Made by a program: the position numbers and the translations under genes. Under the pieces are notes generated by a model. It was given only the letters and a program-made list of their open reading frames with translations, was not told where the DNA came from and did not search any database. Of a stretch of DNA of 64,000 nucleotides, positions 30,047 through 40,379 are shown in pieces. Positions within the stretch are counted from its first letter, which is position 1. The number at the start of each line of letters is the position of its first letter. Source of the DNA: Treponema sp. (GTDB taxonomy: Bacteria > Spirochaetota > Spirochaetia > Treponematales > Treponemataceae); contig JAZLKI010000035.1 of the NCBI GenBank assembly GCA_045597485.1, positions 5,011-69,010 of the forward strand, given 5' to 3'.

Positions 30047-33000
30047 TTGGCGCAACTTGAACGCTGGTTTTTACATGTAGATTTAGACGCTTTTTTTGCC
30101 TCCGTAGAACAGCTGGACCATCCTGAATATCGTGGTAAACCTGTAATAGTTGGGGGAAAACCAGAAGACCGCCGAAGTGTTGTATCTACAGCTTCCTACG
30201 AAGCCAGAAAATACGGAGTTCATTCTGCAATGCCAACTTTCCAGGCATACCGGCTTTGCCCTAACGGAATTTATGTCCACGGCAGAATGGAACGTTATTC
30301 TGAACTTTCCTACCAGATAATGAATATCTTCCGCAATTATTCTCCAGATGTAGATCAAATGTCCATTGATGAAGCGTTTATAGACATTACAGGAACAGAA
30401 AAATTATTTGGCCCACCTTTAGAAACTGCAAAAAAAATTAAAGCCGAAGTAAAAGAAAAAACAGGTCTTACAGTTTCCATAGGAATTGCGCCTACAAAAT
30501 ATCTTGCAAAAATTGCTTCAGGCTTTCAAAAGCCAGACGGAATTACTTTTATAGACCAGGGGCAGGAAGAAAATTTTATGCTGAATCTGCCCTTAAATAA
30601 AGTTTGGGGACTTGGTCCCAAATCTCTTGAACTTATTAATTCTAAAGGAATAAAAACAACCCGTGACATTTACGAAATGCCCATAGAAAATCTTCAATTT
30701 CTGTTTGGTAAAAATATGGGCACTTACCTATATGAAGTTGTGCGTGGGAACGAAAAAGCCACATTTAGTCGTGAAGCTAAAAATCATTCTATAAGTTCTG
30801 AATCAACTTACCCTTACGACCTTACCGATTTATATGCAATTGAAACAGAATTACTTGAACTTTGCCATGGTGTATTTTTCAGATTATTAAAGGAAAACGG
30901 ATACTCAAGAACAGCTTTTGTCAAAATCCGTTATGATGATTTTTCAACCTGCTCAATACAAGAAACTTTAGACAGAAATATTATTACACTGGACACTTAT
31001 TACGAAACTATAAAAAAATTATTTGAAAAAAAATATGAAAAAGGCAGAGGAATCCGACTGCTTGGTGTAGGTTTTGAAAATATAGATACCGAAGAAAAAC
31101 CTTACCAGCAGGATTTATTCGAAAATAAAGATGAAAAAAAACAAGCTGTAGAAAAAGCCATTCTTACACTAGAAAAAAAACATCCTGAAATTAAAGTACG
31201 AAAAGCCCGTACCTTCCGTGCAATACTTTTATTATCATTGCTGGCCTTTGCTCCTTCCAAGCTTAAAGCCCAGGAAAATGAAAAACTAACTTATGATATT
31301 TCTGGTTTCTACAAAGCAGATTTTACAACTGGTTTTTCAAAAAATGCTTTTGAGGCCCCAGTTTTCAAGCAGGAAGTTGATATAACCGCATCTCTTTTAT
31401 ACAACCAGCACTGGTATTTTAAAACCGCCTTTGCCGACAATTTTGAAAGGAATACTTTTACAATTGGTTATAAAGCCCCATTAATTGATGCAAAAATCTC
31501 CAACAGAAATGTATTGTTTCCGTCTGGCTATTCTTCTGCACTGTTCGGCTATTCACCTATGGGGGGCATAAACGAAGCACCAGGTATTTCTGTAAATCTT
31601 ACAGCTCCAGATAATAAATGGGCAGCAGATTTCCTTTTACGCTACGACATGACAAGTTCCCATTCTGCAACCTTTTATGGCAACAATAAAGTAACCGATA
31701 CCTTTTTAAGCCCCGCAAATTTTACTTATGGCTTAAGTTTTAATTTTCCAGAAAACACAGAAGAAGATATTTCTCAAATAGCAAATATTTTTATAGAAAC
31801 TGAAAACGGTACCCACATTGACGCTAATGGCAAACACTATAAACAACTTTCAAAATCCGATTACACAATCCTTATAAATAAACGCCAGCTTTATATTTCT
31901 AACAATGCAGGAGGAAATAAAAAAGATGGTAAAATTCCAACTATACTTGTAACTTTTACTTCAAATTCCTGTGCATTGAATATTAAAACAAAAACTGGCA
32001 GTTATTCAGATTCAACTTCCTTTGCAGGAAAAATTAATCAGCTTTTTGGAGAAGATATAAATTTAGACAAATACAAATATGAAACTCTTAGTGTTATAGA
32101 AAATTCCAATGCACTTGTAATTCAAAATTCCATTGGCTTTTCACCTTATCTTAATACAAATTTGTATGACACAGGTAGTAACACAGAAAGTGAATGTTAT
32201 GTAGTTTCAAAAAACTCTGATTCAATTATAAAAGAATTCAATATTTCCCCATGGGATGATATTTACAACAATCTTACAGAAGATTTATTTTTTCAGACAA
32301 AAGGATTTATTCAGATAAGCTACAATACAGAAGACCGTTACCCTTTTGTAAAAACTGCTCCCGAAATATATTTAAGCCTTGAACAAAACAATGACTATTC
32401 TATTCGTGTAAGAAAATACTCTACAGTTTCAGAACTTTCTATTGGGAAAAAAGCTGTAGCAGGAACTGTGCAGGTGTATAAAAATGGTTTACTCGATAAC
32501 AGTGCTGTATATGATGCAGAAAAAGGAATTGTTAATCTTTCTTCACCTGTAACAAATACAGATAAAATATTTATTTTGTGGCAGGAAGAAGCAAATAACT
32601 ATAATTATGGAGCTGTAACTACTGCTGCTGGTTATAAAATCAATTTTACCGAAAAACTTTCTTCAGATATTTCTTTATCTGCCTTCTGGCCTCTTTACAG
32701 TTTTTTTGACAGTTCTAACTACTCTACTATAGATACCGCTAACAGGGGCTACAGTGCCCTTACAGCAGGCTTAAAATACAAAGATGATAATTTATATATC
32801 TATGATGCTATAAACGTTGCTGTAACAAAGGAAAACGTAGCAGACAAACTTTTAGTATATTCCCATGAACATAACGTTACACAAACTACTTACCTTAACG
32901 AAACCAGCGGCTATAACACAAATACAGCTCCTTCATTAAATACTCCTGAAGGAAGCACCCGTTCACTAAAAGACATCGATAATTTTACTACCGGTACCCA

Positions 33001-35566
33001 TAAAGGTATAAAGTCTTCTCAATTCAAAGGTTATATACTACCATTAAGCTGGACATTCTCGAATACACAAACTTCTGTACCTTGGGCAGCAGTAGATATA
33101 AAACTGGCATCTGGTACAATTTCTAAAAATCTTTCAACTTTTGATATTTACCTTAAACCAGATATTCCTCAAGAAGATTTTGATAATTACGATTTTTACA
33201 TTCAACTTGGTATAAAAGCATCAGAAGTTTTTACGGGAGAAGATAAAACTCTTATACCTACATGGAAACTTCCCCTTCAGCAAGATTCAGACTTTCAGCT
33301 TATTACTATAAGCCTTTCCGATTCCGATAGAACAAAACTTACAGCAAACTCAGATGCCAGAATTATTGTTGTTCCAAAAGCTGGTAAAGAAACTATCGAA
33401 GCTAGCGGTTCTATTTATACAGGTCCTTATAAGGCAAATAATAAACCTATGTATCTTACCCATACAGAAGATTATTCAGTAATATCATCTCCTATAGTTT
33501 ACGGCTCTGGGAATTACGGTACTTTTATAAAATGGAATTATGCCGGAGGAGCTTCAAATGAAACCCCAATAGAGGCAAAAACATTTTTTACTTCTACAAG
33601 TTTTTCTAATTACAAAAAAGTCTCTTTTGATTTTGCAGCAGAAAATACAAAATCTTTTAAGTTCCTTTTAAGGAACTATAAACACACTGCTCTGGAATTT
33701 ACTCTCCTAGATCTTACCACATATGGAACAGGTGAAAATCTTTACCACCACATAGAAATTAATCTGGAAGATAATACAGTTTACCTAGATAACATCCGCC
33801 TTTCACCAGCAGAATATACTCTCGCAATAAATAAAACAGTAGCACCGTCAACTCAGATTTTCGAAATTAATTCAGACACAGACGGTAGTTTTACATGCGG
33901 AAACCTTTTTTATAACGAAACAGACATTATTGCTGATGCAAAAAATTATACATTAGTAGAATACAATAAAAGATTTGGAACCATAGATTTGAAAGCGACT
34001 GCCGTATCTACACAAGCAACAGGAAGCTTTACAGATCCACAATTCTATATTAATTCCAACGGTAAGGTTGAAGCTTCTGGTACATACGTTTACGGTAAAA
34101 CTGATATAGCGTTAGACCAGCAGTATATAACTAACGCAGGGCATTTACTAAAAACAAACAAACCTTTATTTAATGTAATCACTGCTACCGAAGATTACAG
34201 ATTCAATAAAGCTGAAAAGTCTCTTTTAAAAGCTAATAACCTTACTCTGGATTTTAATGGCATAAATATTCCTGTAAAACTAAATTTTACTACTTCTGCA
34301 CAGGACTTTAATTATAACCAGAATCAGAAGATTGGCTTAGATACCCTTACAGAAATAAAGAAAGATGGTTATTCATTAGGATTTTCGTTGAAAGGTAATG
34401 GAAGCCAGTTTATAAATACTACAGCCGCCCCACAGGAAGGTTTTGATAAGGAAAACTATTTTGTGGGCTGGAAAGATATTTCTGCTCTGGCATTCTCACA
34501 CGGTAATTCAAATGCAAATGAACGAATTGTAGATTTAGGAACAAAACTTTATGGTTCTATTCCTTTTGGCAAACTTTCACCAGCCCTTACATACTCACTA
34601 AATGGCCGTTTCCAGAATAATTCAATTACAAGTTATACCGACAAAGAATCACTACAGTTATCTGTACCATTTTCTTTAGCTTCAAATCACAACTTAACAA
34701 TAAATATTTCCCGTAATGGTAGCGGTATAACTGAAGCTGAAACTCCATTTACTGCAGAATATTTCTCCGACACAGAAAAGTTATTCAATCTGCAGTCACA
34801 AAGAACCTGGTTTTATACTGCTATTCCAATATATGAGCTTTTTTCTGCTAATCTAAAAGATACAGTTACAGCCAATTATTCAGCTAAATACGAAGCCTTG
34901 TACTCTAGAAAACTTTTTAATTCTTACTATGATTTATTTATTCCTTCAGCAGTAAGCATTTCTGTTATTCGTGATATAAAAGCCAATGATATTTCAAAAG
35001 ATGTTTACCAGTACAAAGCCGTAATTTCCAATACTTCATTGAATAATTTTGGGGCGCAAAGTAAAAATCAAACATTCAAATGGTTCAAACAGGAAGAAAT
35101 ACTTTCAAATATTACAGGAATAGTAAAAGTCCCTGTAGATTCACCTGAAAATACAACATACCAGCTCTCGGCTTTTTTACAGACCTTATTTTATATAAGT
35201 GATGTTTCAAATCTCACAATAACTTTAAACGGCACTTTTGAAACAAATGAAAATTTCAATTTAAGCAGCAGTTCAGTTTACACCAGAGCATCAAGTATTA
35301 GTCCTATAAAAAGTCTTGCGCAATTAATAGTGCCTTATCTTAAAAATATAGATTTTGGCATTACCAGAAAAGATTCATTAACTATTCAGATTGGAAACAC
35401 AAATAATACTAACAAACAGACTTATACATATCTTCATAATGTAGACCACAAAATACTGGAACATTATTCTTTTACAATAGGATTAAGTACATCAATCACT
35501 AATATCGAAAATGAGTCTACTTATATGGATTTCTTTATAAATCTTGGGTTTAAGGCCGAATTCTAA
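30047..35566 (+). CDS. dinB: DNA polymerase IV (DinB, aa ~1-390) in frame with a signal-peptide-bearing ~1430-aa outer-membrane-like protein
   Basis: HVDLDAFFASVE, YEARKYGV, SIDEAF, IRLLGV, QQDLF clamp motif; then KVRKARTFRAILLLSLLAFAPSKLKA|QE; ends FFINLGFKAEF. Confidence 0.88.
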   Translation: MAQLERWFLHVDLDAFFASVEQLDHPEYRGKPVIVGGKPEDRRSVVSTASYEARKYGVHSAMPTFQAYRLCPNGIYVHGRMERYSELSYQIMNIFRNYSPDVDQMSIDEAFIDITGTEKLFGPPLETAKKIKAEVKEKTGLTVSIGIAPTKYLAKIASGFQKPDGITFIDQGQEENFMLNLPLNKVWGLGPKSLELINSKGIKTTRDIYEMPIENLQFLFGKNMGTYLYEVVRGNEKATFSREAKNHSISSESTYPYDLTDLYAIETELLELCHGVFFRLLKENGYSRTAFVKIRYDDFSTCSIQETLDRNIITLDTYYETIKKLFEKKYEKGRGIRLLGVGFENIDTEEKPYQQDLFENKDEKKQAVEKAILTLEKKHPEIKVRKARTFRAILLLSLLAFAPSKLKAQENEKLTYDISGFYKADFTTGFSKNAFEAPVFKQEVDITASLLYNQHWYFKTAFADNFERNTFTIGYKAPLIDAKISNRNVLFPSGYSSALFGYSPMGGINEAPGISVNLTAPDNKWAADFLLRYDMTSSHSATFYGNNKVTDTFLSPANFTYGLSFNFPENTEEDISQIANIFIETENGTHIDANGKHYKQLSKSDYTILINKRQLYISNNAGGNKKDGKIPTILVTFTSNSCALNIKTKTGSYSDSTSFAGKINQLFGEDINLDKYKYETLSVIENSNALVIQNSIGFSPYLNTNLYDTGSNTESECYVVSKNSDSIIKEFNISPWDDIYNNLTEDLFFQTKGFIQISYNTEDRYPFVKTAPEIYLSLEQNNDYSIRVRKYSTVSELSIGKKAVAGTVQVYKNGLLDNSAVYDAEKGIVNLSSPVTNTDKIFILWQEEANNYNYGAVTTAAGYKINFTEKLSSDISLSAFWPLYSFFDSSNYSTIDTANRGYSALTAGLKYKDDNLYIYDAINVAVTKENVADKLLVYSHEHNVTQTTYLNETSGYNTNTAPSLNTPEGSTRSLKDIDNFTTGTHKGIKSSQFKGYILPLSWTFSNTQTSVPWAAVDIKLASGTISKNLSTFDIYLKPDIPQEDFDNYDFYIQLGIKASEVFTGEDKTLIPTWKLPLQQDSDFQLITISLSDSDRTKLTANSDARIIVVPKAGKETIEASGSIYTGPYKANNKPMYLTHTEDYSVISSPIVYGSGNYGTFIKWNYAGGASNETPIEAKTFFTSTSFSNYKKVSFDFAAENTKSFKFLLRNYKHTALEFTLLDLTTYGTGENLYHHIEINLEDNTVYLDNIRLSPAEYTLAINKTVAPSTQIFEINSDTDGSFTCGNLFYNETDIIADAKNYTLVEYNKRFGTIDLKATAVSTQATGSFTDPQFYINSNGKVEASGTYVYGKTDIALDQQYITNAGHLLKTNKPLFNVITATEDYRFNKAEKSLLKANNLTLDFNGINIPVKLNFTTSAQDFNYNQNQKIGLDTLTEIKKDGYSLGFSLKGNGSQFINTTAAPQEGFDKENYFVGWKDISALAFSHGNSNANERIVDLGTKLYGSIPFGKLSPALTYSLNGRFQNNSITSYTDKESLQLSVPFSLASNHNLTINISRNGSGITEAETPFTAEYFSDTEKLFNLQSQRTWFYTAIPIYELFSANLKDTVTANYSAKYEALYSRKLFNSYYDLFIPSAVSISVIRDIKANDISKDVYQYKAVISNTSLNNFGAQSKNQTFKWFKQEEILSNITGIVKVPVDSPENTTYQLSAFLQTLFYISDVSNLTITLNGTFETNENFNLSSSSVYTRASSISPIKSLAQLIVPYLKNIDFGITRKDSLTIQIGNTNNTNKQTYTYLHNVDHKILEHYSFTIGLSTSITNIENESTYMDFFINLGFKAEF

Positions 35567-35568
35567 AT

Positions 35569-37632
35569 CTACTCTAATGGAGCAAAATAGCCGGTTTCAT
35601 CACGACCACTTCTGTTCAAAAGATAAACTTCACTTTCAAGTGGAAGATATTTTGTTCCAAAATTTGTCTGCAAAGAAGATGTATAAGACAGCTGGTAAAC
35701 TCCCTGTGGAAGTTCAATAATATCTTTTACAACATCGCCTAAGCCCTGTGGACGGAAGATATAATATTCTTCGCCAGGAGTATTATCTATTACATAAGCA
35801 AGTTCTTCTGGCAAAGCAGTCTGATTAAGCACAATACAAGAACATGCAATTGAATTGTTAGATAAATACGAAGTAAGCCCTGTAAGGTTATATTTTTCGA
35901 ATGAAATGCTGTTTTCATTTCCTGGTGTAATAATAACAATTGCACGTTTTTTTGCAGCATTAATTAAATCATTTGCAGCAAGTCTTAAAGCCAAATCAAG
36001 AGATACCTGATTTGCAGCAGCATTTCTTAAAGCATCAACTTTAAAGTCGCCTAAAGCATCTGGAGAACCGGTATATTCAGTTACAGGAATAGAACCTGCA
36101 GTAACAATTCTCAAAACACCTTTCCCATTCATTGAAGCAGCAACTTCTTTTACTGCCGTTTCAATTTCGCTCTTATACATTTCTGAAGTCTTTGATCTGT
36201 CAATTACAAGAGTAATATCTGCTTCTGTATTGTTTGAAGCTGCACCTAAGAATTTAAGATTAGATACAGGACGTTTGTTTTCGGTAAGGTAAAAGTTTTC
36301 TTCCTGCAAACCAACTACCGGCTGACGATGTCGGTTTTCGACTTTTAATTCAACTGTAACATGAGGGAACGCTGAAGCATCAAGCTGTTCAATCTGAACA
36401 AAAAGACCTCCTACAAGTTCCTGAATGTTTGACATTACATAAACTTCGTTTGCAGTAAAATCTGAAACAATAACATTACCATTTACATCAGGATTAGCGA
36501 CAGTAACTCTTGAAGGTGCATTACCGGTGCGGGCATATTCAAATAAAGCACCAGTATCCGCATCAACAGAAATAATACGGTTCAAGTCACAAACAATTAA
36601 ACTACCGTTCCAGAATTTAAGACCTTCTGGTTTATTCAAAGTGCCAGCTTCAACAAGTTCCCGTATATAGTTACCGGCACGGTCAAATTCATAAACAGCA
36701 CCAGTCTGATCATCTGCAACGTAAACTCTTTCATCTACAACAGCAATACCAGTAGGTCCTTTCAAACCTTTAAAACCGCCCTGTTTTCCACCAAAATAGA
36801 AAACTGGTTCTCCATCTTTATCAAAAACATCTACACGGCGGTTACCGTAATCTGTTACGTAAATTCTTTCAAGATAATCTTGAGCAAGATACAAAGGTCC
36901 AACCATCTGTCCATTTTTGCGGCCTTTAGTACCAATGTATTTTTCGAATCTTCCTTTTTCATTAAGGAGTGCAAGTCTGTCTCCGGCATTTTCACTAACA
37001 AGTAACTTGCCACTATGTAACTTAATAATATCTGCCGGACGGTCAAAACCATTTACAGGACCTTCAATACGTTCAATAACTTTACCATTTTGATTCAAAA
37101 GTAATAATTCGTTTGAGTTATAAGCCACAATCCACATTGTTCCGTCGTAATTTGGCTGAACAGAAACAGGACCGCTATATATCATATTGCCATTAAAAAC
37201 ACCAGGAAAAGCTCCAGCTTCAGACAATCGCAAAGTTTTATCTGTAGAATCGCCAGTAACACGACGTTCACGAATAACTTCAATTTTGCTCTGCAAGAGC
37301 ATTCCGCCATAACCATTTTCACTTGCAGTATTCCAGTAATTTAATGCGGAACCTTCAAGACCTGTTTTGTAATATGTTTTTCCAAGCCAATCAAGAATAA
37401 GATTATCATCTGGAAGATAAGCAAGAGCCTTTTCAAACTGAACAATAGCTTCGTTAAATGCACCTTTGTAATATGCCTGTACACCACGGCGAAATTCTTC
37501 AGAAGCAAAACCTTCGTTACTATTTCTTATTCTGTCTTCGGGAGTTACAAGTCCTGCATTATTAGTTGTCTGTGCAAAAGTGAAAGATAAACAAGTACAT
37601 ACAATTAAAAGATATGCGGTTAGTTTTTTCAT
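35569..37632 (-). CDS. Exported TPR + NHL beta-propeller + vWA-like protein
   Basis: Signal peptide, TPR pair, NHL repeats (IYVTDYGNRRV, GPTGIAV), DRSKTS vWA-like region. Confidence 0.85.
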   Translation of the reverse strand: MKKLTAYLLIVCTCLSFTFAQTTNNAGLVTPEDRIRNSNEGFASEEFRRGVQAYYKGAFNEAIVQFEKALAYLPDDNLILDWLGKTYYKTGLEGSALNYWNTASENGYGGMLLQSKIEVIRERRVTGDSTDKTLRLSEAGAFPGVFNGNMIYSGPVSVQPNYDGTMWIVAYNSNELLLLNQNGKVIERIEGPVNGFDRPADIIKLHSGKLLVSENAGDRLALLNEKGRFEKYIGTKGRKNGQMVGPLYLAQDYLERIYVTDYGNRRVDVFDKDGEPVFYFGGKQGGFKGLKGPTGIAVVDERVYVADDQTGAVYEFDRAGNYIRELVEAGTLNKPEGLKFWNGSLIVCDLNRIISVDADTGALFEYARTGNAPSRVTVANPDVNGNVIVSDFTANEVYVMSNIQELVGGLFVQIEQLDASAFPHVTVELKVENRHRQPVVGLQEENFYLTENKRPVSNLKFLGAASNNTEADITLVIDRSKTSEMYKSEIETAVKEVAASMNGKGVLRIVTAGSIPVTEYTGSPDALGDFKVDALRNAAANQVSLDLALRLAANDLINAAKKRAIVIITPGNENSISFEKYNLTGLTSYLSNNSIACSCIVLNQTALPEELAYVIDNTPGEEYYIFRPQGLGDVVKDIIELPQGVYQLSYTSSLQTNFGTKYLPLESEVYLLNRSGRDETGYFAPLE

Positions 37633-38315
37633 TAGTGCCCTACCTTTTCCTGTACAGCTTTTATATGATTTGCAATTTCTTCACTTTCAGTATCAATTAA
37701 TTCGGCTTCATGCAAATACTGCAAAGCATCTTTATATAGACCAAGCTTATAATATACAAAACCAAGGGAATCCAGACATGCAGCAGATTTTGGAGCAGAC
37801 TTTACAGCTTTTTTACAAAGACTCAAAGCCCGAGTTAAATCTTTTTCTTCTGTAGCAAGGATATAACCAAGTCCATTCAAAGAAGTAATATTGTCAGGAT
37901 CTTTTTCAAGAGATTGTTCGTAATATTTTAAACAACGTTCAGTATCTTTCTGTTCCCATGCGACATAAGCAATAGCGGCATAAACAGAAGCAGACATATA
38001 ACCAGTATCAAGTAATTTATTTAATTCAAAATCTGCAAGGCGACGGCGACCAGACAATGCATAAATAACAGCCAGCAAGAAACGGCACTGCAAAATTCTT
38101 TCAAGTTGAGTTCCAGAAGTTACAACCTGTTCAAGATATAAAAGAGCATCATCGTATTTTTCGAGTTTTGTATAACAAAGACCAAGGTAATAAGAGATTT
38201 CTACTTTATCTGCATCAGCATCTGATGGAAGACCTAAGAAAAAAGCCAAGGCACCGCTATAGTTGCCTTTAGAATATAATTGTATACCTTCTTTTAAAAC
38301 AGAATTATCCTGCAT
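37632..38315 (-). CDS. TPR protein
   Basis: YYLGLCY, LNGLGYIL, LDSLGFVYYKLG repeats. Confidence 0.9.
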   Translation of the reverse strand: MQDNSVLKEGIQLYSKGNYSGALAFFLGLPSDADADKVEISYYLGLCYTKLEKYDDALLYLEQVVTSGTQLERILQCRFLLAVIYALSGRRRLADFELNKLLDTGYMSASVYAAIAYVAWEQKDTERCLKYYEQSLEKDPDNITSLNGLGYILATEEKDLTRALSLCKKAVKSAPKSAACLDSLGFVYYKLGLYKDALQYLHEAELIDTESEEIANHIKAVQEKVGH

Positions 38316-38342
38316 TCCCCACCCATTTTCCCTATGATTATA

Positions 38343-39107
38343 TTACAATTTAAACTCCAAATCGTCCACAGGTCCAGCGCACATTGGATCAACATAAACT
38401 CTCGAAACAGAAATATAATTTCTGGCAACAACAGCAGCATCACAATCAGGATCGTAATTCTTAATAGGATTACCACCCATTACATATTCAGCCAGTTTTT
38501 CACCATTTTTATCTACAATATTAATGCTGTCGCCATATTCTCTTACGCATAATTTATCTGTATATTTAACACCAGCATAAGAATCAACAGAAGCCCCGTT
38601 TACATTTACAAACATTCTTGGGTAATCAAGCTTTGCAAGCGACACCAGCTGCTCAAGATTTTTTGCAATAAAATCAGCAATAGCGAAATATTTCCAGCCT
38701 TCTGTTTTAACTTTTTTCCAGTCAGAAGGATTCACACTTACAGCAATACCAGGAATTCCATCCAGAACAGCCTGACGAGCCGCAGCACAAGTTCCAGAAT
38801 AAATAATATCTGTACCCATATTACCACCAGCATTTATACCGGAAATAACAACGTCAATTTTTTTATCAAAAAGATTACTTCTTCCACCAATAAAAGCACA
38901 ATCTGCTGGAAACCCTGAAGAAGCCCACTGATTTTCTTTATAAGCTGTCAATTTGGTTGATGCAAACATAGACAAATGATGAGAGACAGCAGAACGGTTA
39001 CCATCAGGAGCAACAACAAAAACATTATTTTCTTTTGATAATCTTTCAGCTAAAACCTGAATTCCTTCACATTTTATGCCATCATCATTTGCGAGCAAAA
39101 TATTCAT
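38343..39107 (-). CDS. surE: 5'/3'-nucleotidase SurE
   Basis: LANDDG, VVAPDGNRS, GFPADC, SGINAGGN, YSGT. Confidence 0.96.
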   Translation of the reverse strand: MNILLANDDGIKCEGIQVLAERLSKENNVFVVAPDGNRSAVSHHLSMFASTKLTAYKENQWASSGFPADCAFIGGRSNLFDKKIDVVISGINAGGNMGTDIIYSGTCAAARQAVLDGIPGIAVSVNPSDWKKVKTEGWKYFAIADFIAKNLEQLVSLAKLDYPRMFVNVNGASVDSYAGVKYTDKLCVREYGDSINIVDKNGEKLAEYVMGGNPIKNYDPDCDAAVVARNYISVSRVYVDPMCAGPVDDLEFKL

Positions 39108-39123
39108 TAAAACAACCTATTAA

Positions 39124-40305
39124 TTAGTCTATTACAACCGATGCACCGTCAGAAGCTTCAACTTCATAAACTTCTGGGTGGAATCCGAAAATCTTTTCAA
39201 ACTCTGCAATTTTTGCTTTAAAAGCGTCAACATCACATTCACGCATAAAAGCATACAAACAGCGCCCATAACCTTTACCAGTAATACGGCCACAAGTTAC
39301 AGGGTTTCGTACAAAATCAAGATTTGGTTCCAGTTCACTTACACGTTTCAAAATCCAGTCAATTTCAGGACAAGATGTATTAAATAAATCTCTCATTGTT
39401 GCATGACTGTGGTTTACAGCACGTGCGAACTTAAAGAAATCTTTCTTTTCAATTCCATCTTTTGCAGCAAGAACATCAGCGTGTTCATATAAAATTGAAA
39501 GCATCTTTCTGCGTTCATCTTCACTTACAACAGAAAGTTCTTCATTAATGTCAGTTACATCGTCTATATACTGCCAGCCGCCATATACATTGTTTTTATT
39601 TTCTCTTAAGTCTCCTAAAAGAAGAACATATTGTGGCTGGAAAATAGTTTCCTCGTTCCAGATATTTACCCTTGGAACTTTTGTATCAACAATAAATATT
39701 TTTTTATCTTCAAAAGGATTAGGAATATAATCCCAGGAATTTTTAAAGTGATCAGTGATTATGAAATTTCCCTTTTTTGAAAACAAAGCCGAAAAATTGT
39801 CTGAAAGGTAGTTAGTCTGCTTAAGGAAACGTCTGTTACCCCGTTCAATTACCTGAAGCATTTCTGCATCAGAACAATTAAGATTAAAAAGATTTTTTAT
39901 AGCTAACGCTGCAGCAACTTTAATACCAGTTGTAATTCCAAAACCTGCAGAAGGCTGAATTTCGCTAAATACTGTAAAGTTCATTCCACCAACAGAAAAA
40001 CCTGCCGAAGTAAACCCATAAACCATAGCCTTAATAGCGTTAGCCCAACGGTCTTCCTTTTTTACCTTCAAAGAAGTTAAAGTTGTCTTTTTTCTTTCAT
40101 TTATCTGGTGATAATAAAATTTTAAAGATGAGTCATCACGTTTTGAAACTGCAACGTAGACAGGAAGATTTACAGCAAGAGATAAAGTTTTATCTCTAAA
40201 AAACCATGAATGCTCCCCTATAAGATGAAATCTCCCAGGAGCTTTAGTAACAATTTCAGGTTTACATTCATATTCCTGAAAATGAGCATCATTAACTGCT
40301 TTCAT
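39124..40305 (-). CDS. Galactokinase-like GHMP-family protein (divergent motifs)
   Basis: APGRFHLIGEH, SHATMRDLFNTSCPEID, GRITGKGYG. Confidence 0.8.
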   Translation of the reverse strand: MKAVNDAHFQEYECKPEIVTKAPGRFHLIGEHSWFFRDKTLSLAVNLPVYVAVSKRDDSSLKFYYHQINERKKTTLTSLKVKKEDRWANAIKAMVYGFTSAGFSVGGMNFTVFSEIQPSAGFGITTGIKVAAALAIKNLFNLNCSDAEMLQVIERGNRRFLKQTNYLSDNFSALFSKKGNFIITDHFKNSWDYIPNPFEDKKIFIVDTKVPRVNIWNEETIFQPQYVLLLGDLRENKNNVYGGWQYIDDVTDINEELSVVSEDERRKMLSILYEHADVLAAKDGIEKKDFFKFARAVNHSHATMRDLFNTSCPEIDWILKRVSELEPNLDFVRNPVTCGRITGKGYGRCLYAFMRECDVDAFKAKIAEFEKIFGFHPEVYEVEASDGASVVID

Positions 40306-40379
40306 TTTTGCCCCTCCCCTTTTTTTAATTCATATAACTTGACTTTTTTACAAATTATACCGATTAATATAGTAATCTA

